Source of the DNA: an uncultured Oscillospiraceae bacterium
GTDB taxonomy: Bacteria > Bacillota > Clostridia > Oscillospirales > Oscillospiraceae
DNA: 64,000 nucleotides
Assembly: GCA_934565615.1 (NCBI GenBank)
Contig: CAKTIH010000001.1
Location: 834 to 64,833 of the forward strand
Reading direction: 5' to 3'
The notes under the pieces are model-generated. The model was given only the letters and a program-made list of their open reading frames with translations. It made no database searches and was not told the DNA's origin. Of this stretch, positions 8,402-18,098 are shown piece by piece. The translations under genes were made by a program, and so were the position numbers. How positions within the stretch are numbered: the stretch's first letter is position 1; the number at the start of each line of letters is the position of its first letter.

Positions 8402-9241
8402 ATGGATCTGCAAAAGCTGTCGATTGGGCAGATGGCCGAGCTTAATCACGTCAGTGAACAGACGCTGAGATTATACGACAAGGAAGGTTTGCTCGTCCCC
8501 CGCTGCGTCGATCCCGTCACAGGCTACCGCTATTATCACATCACCCAGTCTGCAAAGCTCGATCTCATCCAGAACATGAAGGTCTACGGAATGACACTGC
8601 GGCAGATACGCAGCTTTCTTGACAGCAACGATCCAGCGGCGCTGCGCGCTCTGCTCGCCGAGCAGGCCGACAGCATTGAGGAGCGCATCCGGCAGCTGCG
8701 CCGCTCGCAGAGCGCCATCACCCGCACGCTCGATAACTACCGGCGCTATGAGGCAATGCCGCGAAACGGTGAAATTTTCCTCGAATATATCCCCGAGCGC
8801 CGCATTTTCCGCTATAGCTGCGACGTGAATTACTTCGACCAGGACGAAAGCGGCTACGAATACATGCTCCGCCAGATGAAAACCAACCTCGTCGCAAACA
8901 ACATGCCGCTGTCGTATTTCACCAACATCGGCACGATAATCCGCCGTGAGCACCTTGTCCCGGACGAGCTGTTCTCAAACGAGGTCTTTCTTTTCGTCGA
9001 CGAGGGCAACAGCTCGCAGGCGATGGAGACTTTGCCCGCCGCGTCGTATCTCTGTCTGTGTTCGGACGAGTTCAGCATGGAGGCCGAGAACGTCCGCCGC
9101 CTGCTGGACTATGTGCAGACACGCGGCTGCGAGATCGCCGGGGACTACATCTGCGAGGTCGTCGTCGACTTCCCGATGTTTGACTTTGATCGCCGCCGTA
9201 TGTTCTATAAAGCACAAATCCCCGTGCGCTTTTTTGGTTAA
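8402..9241 (+). CDS. MerR-family transcriptional regulator with a GyrI-like (BmrR-type) effector-binding domain
   Basis: Start re-set to ATG 8402, after GGAGGAG. N-terminal HTH LSIGQMAELNHVSEQTLRLYDKEGLLVP...GYRYY, a coiled-coil linker and a C-terminal domain of about 150 aa. Confidence 0.85.
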   Translation: MDLQKLSIGQMAELNHVSEQTLRLYDKEGLLVPRCVDPVTGYRYYHITQSAKLDLIQNMKVYGMTLRQIRSFLDSNDPAALRALLAEQADSIEERIRQLRRSQSAITRTLDNYRRYEAMPRNGEIFLEYIPERRIFRYSCDVNYFDQDESGYEYMLRQMKTNLVANNMPLSYFTNIGTIIRREHLVPDELFSNEVFLFVDEGNSSQAMETLPAASYLCLCSDEFSMEAENVRRLLDYVQTRGCEIAGDYICEVVVDFPMFDFDRRRMFYKAQIPVRFFG

Positions 9242-9261
9242 TCTGCGCAGCAAAATTTTCC

Positions 9262-9292
9262 TTGACATTATTGTAACAATAATCTGTATAAT
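9262..9292 (+). promoter_or_regulatory. MerR-type promoter/operator: TTGACA, 19-nt spacer containing a perfect palindrome, TATAAT
   Basis: TTGACA 9262-9267. Palindrome TTATTGT-A-ACAATAA 9268-9282. TATAAT 9287-9292. Lies directly upstream of the gene at 9355. Confidence 0.75.
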
Positions 9293-9354
9293 AAATCCCG
9301 TAAGGTTGTTAAAAAACTAACCGAATTTTTAAAACAATTTGAGGAGGCAATTAT

Positions 9355-10443
9355 ATGGATCGCAAAATCAAAGTCGTTCAGTACGGTGCAGGTAAGATGA
9401 GCCGCTATCTCATGCGTTATGTGCTTGAGCACGGCGGTGAGCTGGTCGGCGCTTTCTGCCGCAATAAGACCCACATCGGCAAGGATGTCTCCGAGATCAT
9501 AGGCAACGGTTATCCCTTCGTCGGCGTCACGGTAGAGAACTCTGCCGACGCGGACAAGCGCATCGGCGAGCTCAAGCCCGATGTGTGCATCATCGCCACG
9601 CGCAGCACCGTCGCGGAGCTGGAGGATATATTCACCATCTGCGCGCACCACGGCGTCAACGCCATCACCACCTGCGAGGAAGCCCTCTATCCGTGGAACT
9701 CCTCCCCCGCTCTCACCGCAAAGCTCGATAAGCTCGCCAAGGAAGGCGGCTGCACGCTCACCGGCGTCGGCTACTGCGACCTTTATTGGGGCACTATGGT
9801 CACGAACCTTGCCGGCTCCTCCCACAAGATCACCAAGATCGAAGGCAGCAGTTGGTATAACGTCGAGGACTACGGCGTCGCTCTTGCCGAGGGTCACGGC
9901 GCGGGTCTGACGATCGATGAGTTCAACAAGACCATCGGCTGCTATAATGACACTCCGTCCGATGAGATGAAGGAGCTTGTCGAGAGCGGCAAGTATGTCC
10001 CCTCCTACATGTGGAACCAGAACGGCTGGCTGTGCAGCAAGATGAATCTGCACATCACCTCCCAGACCCAGAAGTGCATCCCCTGCGTCGATAAGGAGGA
10101 CCTTAAGTCCGAGACGCTCGGCATGGTCGTCAAGGCCGGCAACGCAACCGGTATGCGCGCCATCGTCACCACCGAGACCGAAGAGGGCATCACCCTCGTC
10201 ACCGAATGCGTCGGCAAGATCTATAATCCCGAAGAGACCGACAAGAATGTCTGGACGCTGCACGGCGAGCCGGAGACGACCTGCATCGTCAACCAGCCCG
10301 CGACCGTCGAGCTGACCTGCGCCACGCTTGTCAACCGCATCCCGCAGCTCATTGACGCTCCCGCCGGTTATGTCACGACCGACCAGTTCCCGTACAACGA
10401 GTACATGGTTCACCCGATGAACGAGTACGTCAAGACCAAGTAA
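9355..10443 (+). CDS. NAD(P)-dependent oxidoreductase, DapB-N-like / amine dehydrogenase (2,4-diaminopentanoate dehydrogenase-like) family
   Basis: 362 aa. Rossmann start IKVVQYGAGKMSRY. GAGGAGG RBS. The family call comes from length and N-terminal architecture only. Confidence 0.6.
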   Translation: MDRKIKVVQYGAGKMSRYLMRYVLEHGGELVGAFCRNKTHIGKDVSEIIGNGYPFVGVTVENSADADKRIGELKPDVCIIATRSTVAELEDIFTICAHHGVNAITTCEEALYPWNSSPALTAKLDKLAKEGGCTLTGVGYCDLYWGTMVTNLAGSSHKITKIEGSSWYNVEDYGVALAEGHGAGLTIDEFNKTIGCYNDTPSDEMKELVESGKYVPSYMWNQNGWLCSKMNLHITSQTQKCIPCVDKEDLKSETLGMVVKAGNATGMRAIVTTETEEGITLVTECVGKIYNPEETDKNVWTLHGEPETTCIVNQPATVELTCATLVNRIPQLIDAPAGYVTTDQFPYNEYMVHPMNEYVKTK

Positions 10444-10457
10444 TCATCTTTCTCCTT

Positions 10458-10497
10458 AAAATGGGCGCACTGCAATACTTGCAGTGCGCCCATTTTT
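10458..10497. terminator. bidirectional terminator between convergent genes
   Basis: AAAATGGGCGCACTGCA / TGCAGTGCGCCCATTTT, a 17-bp inverted repeat flanked by A and T runs. Confidence 0.85.
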
Positions 10498-10521
10498 CAT
10501 CCATCCTATGGACGGATCTCA

Positions 10522-11121
10522 TTACTTTATGTCCGCGTACTCCTTTACCCACGCCTCGACTATTCGCCTTGCCGTCTCGTCGCCGCGCTGCTTCACCTCG
10601 ATGACTACCGTGTCCTCATCGTTTGCCAGCACCGCGCGCAGGTTGTCCGTTAGCATCGTGAACTTCTCACCAAGCCCGAAGCTTGCTCTCAGCTCCTCGG
10701 CGTTCTCTGCGCCCTTGATGACGCCTATTATCGGCGCGTCAGAGTTGAGCAGCTCCGCAAGCTCATTGCGAAATTGCGGTATCAGCATCTCAAAGCCGCC
10801 GATCTCGTCGAGCATCACGAACGGATAGAACTCCGCCTCCTTGAGCATCTGCGCCGCGCTCTCGCGGAACACCTCGTTGTCCTTTCTCGGCGGGACGGTG
10901 CTGAGATCAAGAAAGCGCTGTCCGTCAAATCCGTCGTGTCCGATCGCCGCTGCAGCAGGATAGAGGTCAAAGCCCTCGATGCGTCCGCCGCCGTCCGTCA
11001 CGCGCTCCGTTATAAATCCGCCCGCGTAGCCCGCCGCCTTGCCGAGCGCCCGTCTTATAATAGTAGTCTTGCCGATCCCCGACGGGCCGGTAAGGAAAAG
11101 ATGTTTCTTCATTTTATTCAC
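10522..11121 (-). CDS. THEP1-like nucleoside-triphosphatase (P-loop NTPase, COG1618 type)
   Basis: 199 aa. Walker A LTGPSGIGKTT and Walker B VMLDEIG. Confidence 0.7.
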   Translation of the reverse strand: MNKMKKHLFLTGPSGIGKTTIIRRALGKAAGYAGGFITERVTDGGGRIEGFDLYPAAAAIGHDGFDGQRFLDLSTVPPRKDNEVFRESAAQMLKEAEFYPFVMLDEIGGFEMLIPQFRNELAELLNSDAPIIGVIKGAENAEELRASFGLGEKFTMLTDNLRAVLANDEDTVVIEVKQRGDETARRIVEAWVKEYADIK

Positions 11122-11269
11122 TCCATACTTGGTTTTGTAGAAATTATACTCATCCGTGCGCCGTTTGTAAATACACCCGTTTCATTTATTATCGGACCTG
11201 CTCTTGATGTTTTGACAGATTTGGTGTATTCTATGAAAAGAATATCTTTGATGAACGGACGTTTCTTTT

Positions 11270-12352
11270 ATGACTGATTTTGAAAATAAGACTATCCTTG
11301 TCACCGGCGCTGCCGGGTTCATCGGCAGCTTTCTGTGTGAAGCGCTGCTGAATGGCAACAGCGTTCATGTCGTCGGCATCGACAGCATGAACGATTATTA
11401 CGAGGTCTCCCTTAAAGAGTACCGCCTTGAAAAGCTCCGTGCCCTCGCGCAGGAGCGTGAAGGCACCGGCTGCCGCTTCTCCTTTGTCCGCGGCAACATG
11501 GCCGATAAGGCCGTCATTGACGGTATCTTTGCCGAGTATAAGCCTGACATCGTCGTCAACCTCGCGGCCCAGGCCGGCGTGCGCTACTCTATCGACCACC
11601 CCGATGTTTACATAGAGTCCAACCTCATCGGCTTTTATAACATTCTTGAAGCCTGCCGTCATTCGTATGACGGCGGCGCAAAGGGCGTGGAGCATCTGGT
11701 TTACGCCTCCAGCTCCTCGGTCTACGGCAGCAATAAAAAAGTGCCATACTCGACGGATGACAAGGTCGATAACCCCGTCAGTCTCTATGCCGCGACAAAG
11801 AAATCGGACGAGCTTATGGCGCACGCCTACGCAAAGCTCTATAATATCCCGAGCACCGGCCTGCGCTTCTTCACGGTGTACGGCCCCGCCGGGCGTCCCG
11901 ACATGGCGTACTTCGGCTTTACAAACAAGCTGCGCGCCGGTGAGACTATAAAAATCTTCAATTACGGCAACTGTAAGCGTGACTTTACATACATCGACGA
12001 TATCGTTGAGGGCGTCATGCGCGTCATGGCGAAGGCTCCCGAGCGTGCCGTCGGTGAGGATGGGCTGCCCGTCCCGCCGTACAAGGTCTATAACATCGGC
12101 AACAGCCACCCCGAGAATCTCTTGGACTTTGTCCGCATTCTGTCCGAGGAGCTTGTCAGCGCCGGTGTGCTCCCTGCGGATTATGACTTTGAAGCGCACA
12201 AGCAGCTTGTCCCGATGCAGCCTGGCGACGTGCCTATAACCTACGCGGACACCGCCCCGCTTGAGCGTGACTTCGGCTTTAGGCCGGATACTCCGCTGCG
12301 CGAGGGGCTGCGTCGCTTCGCGCGCTGGTATAAGGAATACTACAAGATATAA
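11270..12352 (+). CDS. NAD-dependent epimerase/dehydratase, UDP-glucuronate 4-epimerase-like
   Basis: 360 aa. TGAAGFIGS Rossmann motif. SDR catalytic YAATK. ...[17 protein letters not shown] is typical of UDP-GlcA 4-epimerases. Adjacent to ugd. Confidence 0.8.
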   Translation: MTDFENKTILVTGAAGFIGSFLCEALLNGNSVHVVGIDSMNDYYEVSLKEYRLEKLRALAQEREGTGCRFSFVRGNMADKAVIDGIFAEYKPDIVVNLAAQAGVRYSIDHPDVYIESNLIGFYNILEACRHSYDGGAKGVEHLVYASSSSVYGSNKKVPYSTDDKVDNPVSLYAATKKSDELMAHAYAKLYNIPSTGLRFFTVYGPAGRPDMAYFGFTNKLRAGETIKIFNYGNCKRDFTYIDDIVEGVMRVMAKAPERAVGEDGLPVPPYKVYNIGNSHPENLLDFVRILSEELVSAGVLPADYDFEAHKQLVPMQPGDVPITYADTAPLERDFGFRPDTPLREGLRRFARWYKEYYKI

Positions 12353-12372
12353 ATAAACAAAGGAGATCGCCT

Positions 12373-13578
12373 ATGAAAATCGCTGTCGCCGGTGTCGGCT
12401 ATGTCGGCCTGTCTCTGGCCGTGCTGCTGTCCCAGCATAACGAGGTCTACGCAGTGAGCACCACGCCCGCAAAGGTTGAGCTGATAAACTCCAAAAAATC
12501 GCCCATAAAGGATAAGGAGATCGAAGAATACCTTGCCTCGCGCAAGCTGAACCTCACCGCAACGACCGATAAGGAGGGTGCGTACCGTGACGCCGAGTTC
12601 GTCGTCATCGCAACGCCGACGAACTATGACCCCGACAAGAATTACTTTGACACCTCCTGTGTTGAGGATGTTATCCGTATTGTCATGGATGTGAACCCCA
12701 ATGCGATAATGGTCATCAAGTCCACCGTCCCTGTCGGCTATACCGAAAAAGTCCGCCGCGAATTCGGCAGCGAGAACATCATCTTCTCCCCGGAGTTTCT
12801 GCGTGAGGGACGCGCTCTGTATGACAACCTCTACCCCTCGCGCATAATCGTCGGCGCGCCGACGGATGACGAGCGTCTCCGGAAGGCGGCACACACCTTT
12901 GCGCAGCTTCTTGTGCAGGGCGCCATAAAGGAGGATATCCCCGTTCTGTATACGAACCCGACCGAGGCCGAGGCAGTAAAGCTCTTTGCGAACACCTACC
13001 TTGCCCTGCGCGTCAGCTTCTTCAACGAGCTCGACACCTACGCCGAAGCGCGCGGTCTGAGCACGAAGCAGATCATTGAAGGCGTGTGCCTTGATCCGCG
13101 CATCGGCACGCACTATAACAATCCCTCCTTCGGCTACGGCGGGTACTGCCTGCCCAAGGACACCAAGCAGCTCCGCGCCAATTACAAGGACGTCCCGGAG
13201 AACCTCATCTCCGCCATCGTTGAGAGCAACCGCACCCGCAAGGACGTTATCGCCGACAGTGTCCTGCGCAAGGCAGGCTTCTTCGACGGAAAGAAGAACT
13301 GCGTCATCGGCGTCTACCGCCTCACCATGAAGTCCGGCTCAGATAACTTCCGCGCGTCGAGCATTCAGGGCGTCATGAAGCGCATCAAAGCCAAGGGCGT
13401 TGAGATGGTCGTCTACGAGCCGACTCTCAAGGAGGATAATTTCTTCAACAGCCGCCGCATTGACGACCTCGTTGAGTTCAAGTCCATGTGCGATGTCATC
13501 ATCGCCAACCGCTTCTGCGACGAGCTGCGCGACGTTGAGGATAAAGTCTATACCCGCGATATATTTTCAAGAGACTGA
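12373..13578 (+). CDS. ugd: UDP-glucose 6-dehydrogenase (nucleotide-sugar dehydrogenase)
   Basis: 401 aa. [14 protein letters not shown]. Catalytic region [10 protein letters not shown]-like ([12 protein letters not shown]). Confidence 0.9.
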   Translation: MKIAVAGVGYVGLSLAVLLSQHNEVYAVSTTPAKVELINSKKSPIKDKEIEEYLASRKLNLTATTDKEGAYRDAEFVVIATPTNYDPDKNYFDTSCVEDVIRIVMDVNPNAIMVIKSTVPVGYTEKVRREFGSENIIFSPEFLREGRALYDNLYPSRIIVGAPTDDERLRKAAHTFAQLLVQGAIKEDIPVLYTNPTEAEAVKLFANTYLALRVSFFNELDTYAEARGLSTKQIIEGVCLDPRIGTHYNNPSFGYGGYCLPKDTKQLRANYKDVPENLISAIVESNRTRKDVIADSVLRKAGFFDGKKNCVIGVYRLTMKSGSDNFRASSIQGVMKRIKAKGVEMVVYEPTLKEDNFFNSRRIDDLVEFKSMCDVIIANRFCDELRDVEDKVYTRDIFSRD

Positions 13579-13586
13579 TATACAAA

Positions 13587-13640
13587 GCGAACCCCGCCGG
13601 CAAAAATCATGCCGATGGGGTTCGTTTATCTTCTTTATTT
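13587..13640. terminator. hairpin terminator between convergent ugd and yihY-like genes
   Basis: GCGAACCCC...GGGGTTCGT stem with an inner CGGCA/TGCCG stem, followed by TTTATCTTCTTT. Confidence 0.7.
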
Positions 13641-14483
13641 CTGTTCCGTCTCCGCAGTCTTTTCTTCTCGCGGTGTTGGCTTGAAATCTCTTATCGTCAA
13701 ATTCAGCGCCATGCCGCAGTAGATGACAGTGCTGCTCGTGTAGAGCCACATCATCAGCAGTATGATGGACGCAAGCGAGCCGTACACCAGCGAGTATTTG
13801 ACCGACGCGCCGATGAACACCGAGAACGCGATGCTCACACCGACAAGCGCGAGCGTCGAAAGTATCGCCCCGGGAAAGGTGTGGTACGTGTCTGTCTTTC
13901 TCTTGGGGTACTCATACACGCCCCATAGCAGCAGAAACATTATGCCGCCGAGGATAACGAAACGCATGTGGTTCCACGATTGGCTGATGTCGATAAACGG
14001 CAGCAGCTCATTGAGCTTGTTCATTACGCTCCTGCCGGTGAGCATGACGACCATGCCGAAGTAGATCGCGACTATCAGCAGCAGGGAGATCAGTATGCTC
14101 ACGATGAAGCCCCATATCCCCTGAAAGCGCATCCCGCCCTGCGCGTCGCCGATCGTAAACTGCATGGAGCGTATCGCCGCGGACGCGGAGGTGACGAGCA
14201 CCGTAAGCCCCGCGATCATCATGGCCGTGCTGTTGTTCGCCGCAACATAGCCGAGAAAGTCCCTTATATAGCTGACGGTCTCCTCGGCCATGAGGTTCTC
14301 CGCAAACGCCACGATGCGCATCGCCTTATCGTAGCTGTTGCCGAGCAGGGTATACAGCACGATAACGACCGGGAAAAACGTCATCGTCATGTAGTACGAA
14401 AGAGCCGCCGCGGCACGCGTCAGCCTGTTTCCGTTGAATATATCAATAAATGTGCGAACAAAGCGCACCGCATTTTTCAGCAA
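13635..14483 (-). CDS. YihY/BrkB-family membrane protein
   Basis: Motif RLTRAAAALSYYMTMTFFP plus 6 TM segments. The ORF-track start at 14513 is a TTG inside the ftsZ terminator. An internal TTG at 14483 preceded by GAGGGTGAAGG is more plausible, but the start remains uncertain. Confidence 0.75.
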   Translation of the reverse strand: MLKNAVRFVRTFIDIFNGNRLTRAAAALSYYMTMTFFPVVIVLYTLLGNSYDKAMRIVAFAENLMAEETVSYIRDFLGYVAANNSTAMMIAGLTVLVTSASAAIRSMQFTIGDAQGGMRFQGIWGFIVSILISLLLIVAIYFGMVVMLTGRSVMNKLNELLPFIDISQSWNHMRFVILGGIMFLLLWGVYEYPKRKTDTYHTFPGAILSTLALVGVSIAFSVFIGASVKYSLVYGSLASIILLMMWLYTSSTVIYCGMALNLTIRDFKPTPREEKTAETEQK

Positions 14484-14502
14484 GCAGCCTTCACCCTCAC
14501 CG

Positions 14503-14557
14503 CAAAAAATCAATAGGCCGTGTCGGAATGCCTATACGCGTTTCGACACGGCCTATT
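14503..14557 (-). terminator. Rho-independent terminator downstream of ftsZ
   Basis: AATAGGCCGTGTCG / CGACACGGCCTATT, a 14-bp stem. On the minus strand it is followed by GATTTTTTG. Confidence 0.8.
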
Positions 14558-14622
14558 ATTATACATTATCCCGGAGCAAAAGTAAATATTCTTTCCCCTG
14601 CCCCGTGTCCGGTTACACGGAC

Positions 14623-15804
14623 TTATTTTGTATTGAATATCTTGAAGATGCTGTCAAACGGATCCTCTTCCGGAGCCGCAGGCTTCTCCTCCGCTGCGGG
14701 AGCCGCGGGAGCGACAGGCGCGGCAGCGGCGGCAGCCTTCTCGGCAGCGCCGGTGAACAGCCCCTGGGACGGAGCCTTATTCACCGCTGGGCGCACCGGA
14801 GCGAACGCGGAAGCGCTCTTCTCAGTGTTGCCGGCGGGAGCGGCAAGATTGCCGTCGTCAAAGCCGGTAGCGATAACGGTAACTCTGATCTCGTCGTCCA
14901 TGTTCTCATCGAAGGTCGCGCCGAAGATGATGTTGGCATCGGGGTGCGCTGCCTCCTGAACGAGGTTCGCCGCGGTCTCGACATCCTCGAGATCCATGTC
15001 CTCGGAGCCGGTGATGTTTATCAGCACGCCGTGCGCACCGTTGATGGAGGTCTCCATAAGCGGGCTTGCAACTGCCATGCGCGCGGCCTCTTCGGCCTTG
15101 CCCTTGCCTGCGGCGTGGCCGACGCCCATGTGGGCAAAGCCGGCATTCTTCATGATGCAGGTGACATCGGCAAAGTCAAGGTTAATGAAGCCGGTGTTCT
15201 TTATGAGGTTCGAGATGCTGGTGACGGCCTGAAGCAGAACATCGTCCGCGATCTCGAAAGCATTCGCGAGCGTGACCTTCTGGTCGGTCGCGAACTTCAG
15301 CCTGTCGTTGGGGATAATAAGCAGGGAATCGACGCAGCCGAGCAGCTCCTTGATACCGGCGTTCGCCTGATCCATGCGGCGCTTGCCCTCAAACTTGAAG
15401 GGCTTCGTCACAACGCCGACCGTGAGCAGACCTGCGTCGCGCGCGATCTCGGCAACGATAGGTGCCGCGCCCGTGCCGGTGCCGCCGCCCATACCGGCGG
15501 TGATGAACGCCATGTCGGCATCCTCAATGGCCTTGGCGATGTTGTTGCGGCTCTCCTCTGCGGAGCGCTTGCCGACCTCGGGATCGGAGCCAGCGCCCTG
15601 ACCGCGGGTCATCTTCTCGCCTATCTGAAGCTTCTGGTCGGCATTGGAGACCGCCAGAGCCTGCTTGTCCGTATTGATAGCGATGAACTCAACACCCTGA
15701 GTCCCCGCCTTGACCATTCTGTTAACAACGTTGTTGCCGGCGCCGCCAACACCAATGACCTTTATATTGACCACATTTTCGGGCCCTTCGGCTTTGAAAT
15801 CCAT
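14623..15804 (-). CDS. ftsZ: cell division protein FtsZ
   Basis: GVGGAGNNVVNRM and tubulin signature GGGTGTGAAP. Start re-set to ATG 15804, 8 nt after GGGAGG; the upstream ORF-track codon at 15819 is TTG. Confidence 0.97.
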   Translation of the reverse strand: MDFKAEGPENVVNIKVIGVGGAGNNVVNRMVKAGTQGVEFIAINTDKQALAVSNADQKLQIGEKMTRGQGAGSDPEVGKRSAEESRNNIAKAIEDADMAFITAGMGGGTGTGAAPIVAEIARDAGLLTVGVVTKPFKFEGKRRMDQANAGIKELLGCVDSLLIIPNDRLKFATDQKVTLANAFEIADDVLLQAVTSISNLIKNTGFINLDFADVTCIMKNAGFAHMGVGHAAGKGKAEEAARMAVASPLMETSINGAHGVLINITGSEDMDLEDVETAANLVQEAAHPDANIIFGATFDENMDDEIRVTVIATGFDDGNLAAPAGNTEKSASAFAPVRPAVNKAPSQGLFTGAAEKAAAAAAPVAPAAPAAEEKPAAPEEDPFDSIFKIFNTK

Positions 15805-15950
15805 ACGTATGCCTCCCAATATATTTACGTCGCATAAAATGCTAAGTATCGATATAGTTTCATCGTCGGTATTTTATTACATTTTTCTGCAACAGTCAAT
15901 AGGTTTTTTCATTTTATAGAAAACTTTTGTAATTTTTTTGTAACTCGTTT

Positions 15951-16733
15951 TTAGTTCGGGCTGAAATGTGCCGTTGTACCGTCGCTGACGTCGATGATCC
16001 CGATGTCTCCCTCAAGCAGCTGAGCCATGACGGACACGACCATCCCGAACTTGTGCTCGATGCCGTGGCTATCCCCGATGATCACGGTGTACTTATCGCC
16101 GTAGGTGAAGCTGACGCGCTGCTGATCGGAGAAATCCACGCGTCCGACCTGCGTGTAAAGCCCGCGCTGCTCGAGCTGATAGAGCACATCGGCTATGAAA
16201 TCGACGACCGCGGTGTCCCCGTTGTCGGTCTGGAGCGGCTCGCCTATGAGCAGCGTTCCCGGAGAGATGCCGACTATCGGGATAAGCCCGGACAGCTCGT
16301 CCTCCGTCGCCTTGCCCAGCACCTTGCAGCTGTGGTCGATCGTCCAGTCCTCGTCGCCGAGGACGATATAAGCCAGCGCCTGGCTTTCCTTCACGGTTAT
16401 CGTGACCTTGTTCGGCAGCTTTCTCTCGACCGAGACCTCCTCGACATACGGCAGCTTTGCGAAAACGCGGCTCAGGGCGGCGAACCTGTCAAAGAAGAAC
16501 AGGTTGTCGCCCTCCTCGATGTCTATGGCTCTGATAATTTCTTCATCGGTATAGTGTGTGTTTCCTTCGACCTGTATATCCGAAACTCTGAAAAAAACAC
16601 TCATCACAAAAATGACCGCGACGATCACAAGGAAGAACATCATCGGCCCGCTGAAGCTGCTGAGTATCTTCTGCAGGCTTATGTTCTCCTCGGTGTCTGT
16701 CCTGTTTCTTTTCGGCTTTATATTGAATGCCAT
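15951..16733 (-). CDS. ftsQ: cell division protein FtsQ/DivIB (POTRA domain)
   Basis: 260 aa. Single TM, then POTRA-like VSDIQVEGNTHYTDEEIIRAIDIEEGDNLFFFD. Position in the dcw cluster. Confidence 0.8.
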   Translation of the reverse strand: MAFNIKPKRNRTDTEENISLQKILSSFSGPMMFFLVIVAVIFVMSVFFRVSDIQVEGNTHYTDEEIIRAIDIEEGDNLFFFDRFAALSRVFAKLPYVEEVSVERKLPNKVTITVKESQALAYIVLGDEDWTIDHSCKVLGKATEDELSGLIPIVGISPGTLLIGEPLQTDNGDTAVVDFIADVLYQLEQRGLYTQVGRVDFSDQQRVSFTYGDKYTVIIGDSHGIEHKFGMVVSVMAQLLEGDIGIIDVSDGTTAHFSPN

Positions 16734-16772
16734 CGTGTATCCTTTCCCGGTCGCGCCGCATGGCGTGACCCG

Positions 16773-18026
16773 TCAGTGCTCAAGGTAGATATCCGCGCCG
16801 AGCGCGCGCAGCCTGCTGTCAAGATGCTCATAGCCGCGCTTGACATGGCCGTCGTCGCAGATGACCGTCTCTCCCTCGGCGCACAGTCCCGCGATTATCA
16901 TCGCCGCCCCGCCGCGCAGATCGGTCGCCGTGAGTGAGGTTCCGCGCAGGCGCTCAACGCCCCATATCTCCGCCGTTTTCCCGGAGAGCGTGATGTCCGC
17001 GCCGAGACGCATAAGCTCGGGTGCCTGCCGGTAGCGGTTCTCAAAGATATTCTCGGTTATCACTGTTTTTCCATTTGCACGCAGCAGCGCCGCCATCAGC
17101 ACAGGCTGTGCGTCCGTCGGGAAACCCGGGTACGGACTTGTGGATATCTCTCCCACCGCCGTCAGCTTCCCGTCCGAGCGCAGCCTCACGCTGCGTTTGG
17201 AGGATATTATATCACATCCGGCGAGCTTTAGGAAGTGGAGAACCGTAGAAAAATGCGTCGGATCGACCCCGCGCAGCTCAACATCGCCGCCCGTCGCCGC
17301 CGCGGCACACGCAAGCGTTGAGGCAACTATCCTGTCTGGTATGATCCGGTACTCGACATGCCTTTCACGTATCGGCCCCTCGACCGTCACGGTGTCCGTG
17401 CCGTCCCCCGTTATCCTGCTGCCGAGCAGACGCAGATAAGATGCCAGCGCCGATATCTCCGGCTCGCGCGCCGCGCCGTGGATGACCGTCACGCCATCGG
17501 CGGCAGTCGCAGCGAGCATGATGTTCTCCGTCGCCCCGACGCTCGGGAACGGCAGCTCCAGCTCCGTCCCGTGCAGCTTATCCGCGCGGCAGCTTATTTC
17601 CCCGCCGTTTTCATCTATCTGCGCGCCCATCTGCCGCAGCGCCGCGAGATGTATGTCTATCGGTCTCTTGCCGAGCTGGCAGCCGCCCGGCAGGCTCAGC
17701 CGCGCCACGCCGCAGCGCGCCAGCAGCGCCCCCATGAATATGACCGACGAGCGCATTTCCAGCATCAGCGAATGCGGTATCGTGCTCTCGGCGAGCCCCG
17801 TTGAGTCTATGTACACATCGTTTCCCAGCTGCTCCGCCGTGCAGCCGAGGTGTCTCAGTATCCGCAGCGCCGCGTCCACATCCCGTAGCTGCGGTACGTT
17901 GGTCAGCTCCGAGCGTGCCGGAGCGGCGATAGAAGCAGCGATTATCGGGAGGGAGGCATTTTTCGAGCCTTGGACAAAACAGGTGCCCTCAAGCTTATTC
18001 CCGCCCCGTATATGCCAAATATCCAT
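16773..18026 (-). CDS. murA: UDP-N-acetylglucosamine 1-carboxyvinyltransferase MurA
   Basis: 417 aa. GGNKLEGTCFVQGSKNASLPIIAAS and catalytic-loop Cys in PGGCQLGKRPIDIH. Confidence 0.93.
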   Translation of the reverse strand: MDIWHIRGGNKLEGTCFVQGSKNASLPIIAASIAAPARSELTNVPQLRDVDAALRILRHLGCTAEQLGNDVYIDSTGLAESTIPHSLMLEMRSSVIFMGALLARCGVARLSLPGGCQLGKRPIDIHLAALRQMGAQIDENGGEISCRADKLHGTELELPFPSVGATENIMLAATAADGVTVIHGAAREPEISALASYLRLLGSRITGDGTDTVTVEGPIRERHVEYRIIPDRIVASTLACAAAATGGDVELRGVDPTHFSTVLHFLKLAGCDIISSKRSVRLRSDGKLTAVGEISTSPYPGFPTDAQPVLMAALLRANGKTVITENIFENRYRQAPELMRLGADITLSGKTAEIWGVERLRGTSLTATDLRGGAAMIIAGLCAEGETVICDDGHVKRGYEHLDSRLRALGADIYLEH

Positions 18027-18098
18027 AATTAACCCCCCGCATATCAGATCAGTCCATCTTATGCCGGGGGGTTACAGTATGCTATTGTCTGAGGCTTT

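Noticed and set aside
18029-18075. GC-rich hairpin TAACCCCCCG...CGGGGGGTTA between murG and murA, considered as a terminator
   Set aside because: No T-tract follows on either strand. It may be an RNA processing or stability element or an attenuator, but I cannot support a terminator call.
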